DNA from: an uncultured delta proteobacterium
Lineage (GTDB): Bacteria; Desulfobacterota; Desulfomonilia; Desulfomonilales; Desulfomonilaceae
Assembly (NCBI GenBank): GCA_963789265.1
Contig: CAWBKB010000004.1
Coordinates: forward strand, 256,001-320,000
Reading direction: 5' to 3'
DNA length: 64,000 nucleotides
Below are positions 59,967 to 64,000 of this stretch, piece by piece. The notes below the pieces were generated by a model. It made no database searches, was not told the origin of the DNA, and was given only the letters and a program-made list of their open reading frames with translations. The translations under genes and the position numbers were made by a program. Each line of letters opens with the position of its first letter. Position 1 is the first letter of the stretch.

Positions 59967-60215
59967 CTAACCGACGATAATGAGGGGTTTCTGCTCCCCT
60001 TTGACGATTTTATCACCCACCGATGTGCCGCAATTGACACAAAGATATTCGTACTTTTCTCCTTCAGGAAGCACCAGCAGAAGGCGCTCCCGTACGGGCA
60101 TTGCCCTGCGACACTTCGGACAATACAACTCGGTAGCGCGAAATTTCTCAAATTGCTTTTGTTTTGGTGCCGCACGTCGGGGCATCTCTGATTTTCGTGT
60201 GACAAATCGCTGCAT
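59967..60215 (-). CDS. Small zinc-ribbon protein
   Basis: LYCPKC and YLCVNCG; AGGAG SD before ATG 60215. Confidence 0.75.
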   Translation of the reverse strand: MQRFVTRKSEMPRRAAPKQKQFEKFRATELYCPKCRRAMPVRERLLLVLPEGEKYEYLCVNCGTSVGDKIVKGEQKPLIIVG

Positions 60216-60752
60216 GGCATCTCCTGAATTCAGCCCGGAGTTTTTTATCAATGTCAAACCGAACTCTCAAAGTAAATAGAAATTAGCAACGAATGGTCAG
60301 AACGTCAATTCATGGCAAAGTAGAGGCTCGGTGGGTTCGTCCTTTTCATGTAACTGCTCATACCAATTCACTTTCAAGAAAGCGACTGTGGTTGGTTATC
60401 AAATGATGAATACGGCACGGATCTGACAAAGCTTCAAGCGGGACGCGGGATGGCACCCAGGACCTCATGAACGCATGTTGGGTGCCACTGAGCTGGGCAC
60501 CGTCATGGTGCCAGATCGAGCGCGGTTCGCTGTTCTCTCGTTCCCAGGCTCTGCCTCGACCATGATAGCGAAATAAAGGCAGTTTCCGGGCAGAGCCCAC
60601 GAGATATGGGTTACGAGGCAGAGCCTGGGAACCAGAAAAGCAATCTCCCTCTTCAAGGACTTGGATTGCTTCGTCGTTTTACTCCTCGCAATGACACGGA
60701 ACCACCAATTCCTCCTCGTAACTGACACATTACCTTTTTGTGAATGCTATCA

Positions 60753-60782
60753 TTGACAAAATCGTTATTTGTCTGCTATAAT
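60753..60782 (+). promoter_or_regulatory. Consensus sigma70 promoter
   Basis: TTGACA, 18 nt, TATAAT with an extended TG motif. Confidence 0.75.
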
Positions 60783-60852
60783 ACTAATAAAATTGACGCA
60801 GTTGTAATATGTTGGGTCGTGCGATTCCGGCCCGACTTCTAGGGAGACCGCT

Positions 60853-61158
60853 ATGAAACGAGTATTTTTGGCCCTGCTTCTCGTGACCGTGGCATCAATG
60901 CCGGCTTTTTCATTTTTGATCGTTCCTCCAGCGTTTACATTCGGTCTCGACCGTGACGCGGCATGCCTGAATCAGTGTGTCAATGCGCCGTGTTACTTCC
61001 CTCCGGTGCTCAATCCTTGCGCTGTCCCCTGCCGACCACCCGGAATCCAGATTCAAGCTGTTCCATGTGCCTTTGACACCGCCTGTCCGTCTGTTCGACT
61101 CCCTTGCTACGGCGTTTCCTACGGCGACAATCCGTACCCATTGTTCTTGTTCCGATAG
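60853..61158 (+). CDS. Small secreted Pro/Cys-rich protein
   Basis: GGGAG SD, signal peptide, 8 Cys of which five are in Pro-Cys pairs. Confidence 0.7.
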   Translation: MKRVFLALLLVTVASMPAFSFLIVPPAFTFGLDRDAACLNQCVNAPCYFPPVLNPCAVPCRPPGIQIQAVPCAFDTACPSVRLPCYGVSYGDNPYPLFLFR

Positions 61159-61496
61159 CCCAGCGGGAGCTTACGTCCTTCACGAAGAGGGAGGGATGAG
61201 CTGAAATAATTCGTGGCTCGCCCCCTGACTTTTTGGAGTAACCCTGCCATTCTTCACCCCGGACTCCGATCCGGAGGTAGGCCGGGCCATGCTCGATCTA
61301 CCGAAGCGCGGGACGGCGGCCACGGCCCGCCCTACCAAATATATGTCCTTTGTTTGAAAGTTGATCGGTATCAATTGCTTCCCGCCGTATTCTTTTGACT
61401 TGACGGCATGCCTGTTTGTACCTTAATAAAATGGCCGGGGAGTTTAGGGCCGAAGTTGCCTGAAAGTCGGCTGCTGATTCGTTTTACTGGGAGGTT

Positions 61497-62534
61497 ATGG
61501 AAATCATGGCAGTTTTCTGCCGGGGAAGGGTGCTATTCCTTGTGGGGAGTGTCCTTGCCTGCACTCTTTGGAGTTGGTCTTCACCCATCTCCGCCGAGGA
61601 GTCGGCGGTCAAAGGGCTACTTCTCACTCTAAATTATCCGCAGCGGGTCCAGCAACCTAAGCCTGCGGCGTACCCGGATATCGAGAAGCTACTTTCCGAA
61701 CCTTTGGACCGGGTGGAGGATCGCAGCCACGGCTCTTCTGACAACGCGTTGAAATTTCCGTTTACAGAAAACCATCTTCGCAAACAAAAAGAGACCGGAT
61801 GGAAGACTTCCGGAAATTTTCTCCCCGGCACGGCCTCGTTAGGGTCCGTTTCGGAGTACCGGACCCGTCTTGCTTCCCTTGATCCTATGATCCCAGCGGC
61901 CAGAAAATTCGGACGGACCATGTTGGATTCGGGGACAAGTCTTTCGTCCACGGGCCACCCCATGGGAGCTGCAGTGTCGGTCTATTCCGGCTTTGAGGTT
62001 CAGGTGGACAAGATGAGGTTCACCTTGAAACTCTACGGAATAAGAAATGACAACAACCGGTCTTTACTTTTCGAATGCAGGACAGGACTCGGATCGCCGG
62101 AATTCCCGACTCCTGGTGGAACTTATTACTTGGTGAGGATTTTTGACGATCATCCTCTATGGGTCCCGCCACCCGACCGAGATTGGGCTTATGGACAAAT
62201 TCCAAGCCACTCTGTCTATGGCGGACGCATGATGCCTCTTTTCAAGAAATCTCCCATCAGAGACGAAGCGAAAGTCCGCGATGCGGTCACTTTGTTGGAC
62301 AGCATAGCTCCCCGAATGAAGTTAGCCGATACCGGTACGTATCGCATACACGGGACCAGCTCCCCGTGGAGCATAGGTTACGGTCAATCTCACGGCTGCG
62401 TTCGCTTGCTCAACAAGTCCGCGAAACAGTTGTCGGACACGCTGGAAAAGTACGTCGGCACTACCACCAGAGGAGTGACCGACAACGGTCCATACATAAA
62501 CCTGGCCAGAATGGTAAAGGTGATCCTAAAATAA
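61497..62534 (+). CDS. L,D-transpeptidase (YkuD) family protein
   Basis: Signal peptide; FPTPGG, YRIHGT, SHGCVRL. Confidence 0.88.
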   Translation: MEIMAVFCRGRVLFLVGSVLACTLWSWSSPISAEESAVKGLLLTLNYPQRVQQPKPAAYPDIEKLLSEPLDRVEDRSHGSSDNALKFPFTENHLRKQKETGWKTSGNFLPGTASLGSVSEYRTRLASLDPMIPAARKFGRTMLDSGTSLSSTGHPMGAAVSVYSGFEVQVDKMRFTLKLYGIRNDNNRSLLFECRTGLGSPEFPTPGGTYYLVRIFDDHPLWVPPPDRDWAYGQIPSHSVYGGRMMPLFKKSPIRDEAKVRDAVTLLDSIAPRMKLADTGTYRIHGTSSPWSIGYGQSHGCVRLLNKSAKQLSDTLEKYVGTTTRGVTDNGPYINLARMVKVILK

Positions 62535-63155
62535 AATCAAAGGTTGGTCGCTAGAACGAGCTTTAAGAGATTGGCGGAAATCAGGATTCACCGTCCGCCA
62601 GGCGGGGGGATGCGCCGCAAGCCCTAACCCGACACGGTGGGAGAGATGGGCTCAGGCTTTCGTTTGTGACCAAAAGCTTGTTCGCTGCCGCCCCTGTCTC
62701 TTCGGGCACTTTGGCACTCATCCAGAGCTGTAGCGGCCTCCTGCCGGCAGCAAGGGGTGTTGCTTTGTACTGAATGTGCATTTGTTCGAACGTGCCCGAT
62801 GCTTTTGCTAATGTCATGAGTGCGATAGAACTATTGGAACTTGAAAAAGCCTGATGTTGTCAGTTGAATGGAGGAGCGGCTCACTGGACCTTTGACTTGA
62901 GAAACGATTTGAGAGAGGGATTTTGACAATCACAAACCAGCTCGGCGGTAATTGTTCGACATCCTGCGGTCGGACGCATTCGGATATGCGTCAAGTGCGC
63001 TATTGCCATAGTCGCGGAACCGGCAACGAATCTTACGCCTTTTCCGGCGCAACGGACGAAGCCATGAGGAGGCTGGGAAGGTATTCTTCCGGGGTTAGTT
63101 TTAAGTGCTCGGAGCTTTTTTTTCTGCGAATTGAAAGGGGGGGCCGGCACAGTAG

Positions 63156-64000
63156 ATGAACTCTTCGCGCGAATCGTCACCTTCCCGAAGCCCCGCTCCT
63201 TCAGCACTTCCCGCGTCGCTTGATTCCTCATGTCCTCTTGAAAAGAGCCGAGTCACGTACTTGGTACTTACCATTGATGTATGCTGGACCTGCGGAGATG
63301 ATTTTCAAGGGAGGTGGAAAGGTAAGAACTACGGCGTCCCTCTGATAGTGGAAAAACTCGAACAGTACGGTCTGAAGGGAACATTCTTTGTCAGCACGTT
63401 TTGTCCGCCTCGTTTTGCGGACAAGATGTTTTCCAATCTTGGTTTTCTGGTGTCGCGAGGCCATGATCTCCAAATCCATCCCCATCCCGATGCAATGGAC
63501 CCCAACCGTCTTCTCTTGCCCATGTATTCCATGCAGGACAGAAAGAAAATTCTTCATACATCCATTGAGAATATCAAAAGAGCAGGTGCTGCTGCGCCGA
63601 TTGCGCACAGAGCAGGGGCATACGCAATAGACCGGGAGACGCTCAATCTATTGTCCGAGTTCGGTATTTGTATGGATTCCTCGATATTCCCGGTGGATAG
63701 CCGTAGTCAAGTCCCTTTGCCTGAAGACCTGTCAAATAGGTTTGTGCAGATAGGAGGCATATATCAGCTTCCAATGACCCTGATCAAGAGGTTCCCATTC
63801 ATAGGATACGCGGGTATGACGGCTTTTGATCTGGACAGAACCATTTGGGAGGAGCAAAGAAAGGCATTGGAGCTAATCGCCGACCACGGCCTTCCATTGG
63901 TGACCTTCTCAATGCATTTTCATTCTCTGTGCCATTGTGAAGATTCGCCCGTTCCGTACGAACCCCTCGAAGTCACCGGACCCAACGAGGAGAACATAAA
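63156..64000 (+). CDS. Polysaccharide deacetylase (NodB-like) protein, 3' partial
   Basis: Not in the ORF track. My translation gives LVLTIDV...GLKGTFFV...GHDLQIHPH...HRAGAY...DSS, open to the window end; the start is uncertain. Confidence 0.8.
   Translation, partial: MNSSRESSPSRSPAPSALPASLDSSCPLEKSRVTYLVLTIDVCWTCGDDFQGRWKGKNYGVPLIVEKLEQYGLKGTFFVSTFCPPRFADKMFSNLGFLVSRGHDLQIHPHPDAMDPNRLLLPMYSMQDRKKILHTSIENIKRAGAAAPIAHRAGAYAIDRETLNLLSEFGICMDSSIFPVDSRSQVPLPEDLSNRFVQIGGIYQLPMTLIKRFPFIGYAGMTAFDLDRTIWEEQRKALELIADHGLPLVTFSMHFHSLCHCEDSPVPYEPLEVTGPNEENI

Overview
A 64 kb chromosomal window from an anaerobic Desulfobacterota (deltaproteobacterial) organism; a Desulfomonile-like origin is my inference from gene content. 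The main result is a mercury-methylation locus on the minus strand: arsR-like regulator, C-GCAxxG-C-C protein, hgcA, hgcB. The supplied ORF track truncates hgcA. The gene reads from an ATG at 4164 with a strong SD, through an in-frame Cys-TGA (CU) at codon 34 that is followed by a SECIS-like hairpin, so HgcA is predicted to be a selenoprotein. A second hidden selenoprotein, DsbA/FrnE-like with a UPFC motif (TGA 2082-2084 plus SECIS-like hairpin), converges on hgcB. Other content: FdhE, a stand-alone diadenylate cyclase, sugar-modification genes, an intact IS1182-family element inserted in a REP-like hairpin with a TTCA duplication, a dsrE2-tusA-narI-like-hdrD-like operon, a lipB plus 2-oxoacid dehydrogenase cluster, phoU with a consensus sigma54 promoter, two two-component clusters, an hcpR/hcp locus with two perfect palindromic boxes, vapBC, a NitT/TauT ABC transporter, LPS genes (lpxL-like interrupted by an in-frame TAG), and many REP/MITE-like intergenic elements. 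Five genes carry a single extra base, which suggests sequencing error. I recognised no rRNA, tRNA or CRISPR array. All calls come from reading the sequence; no searches were run.
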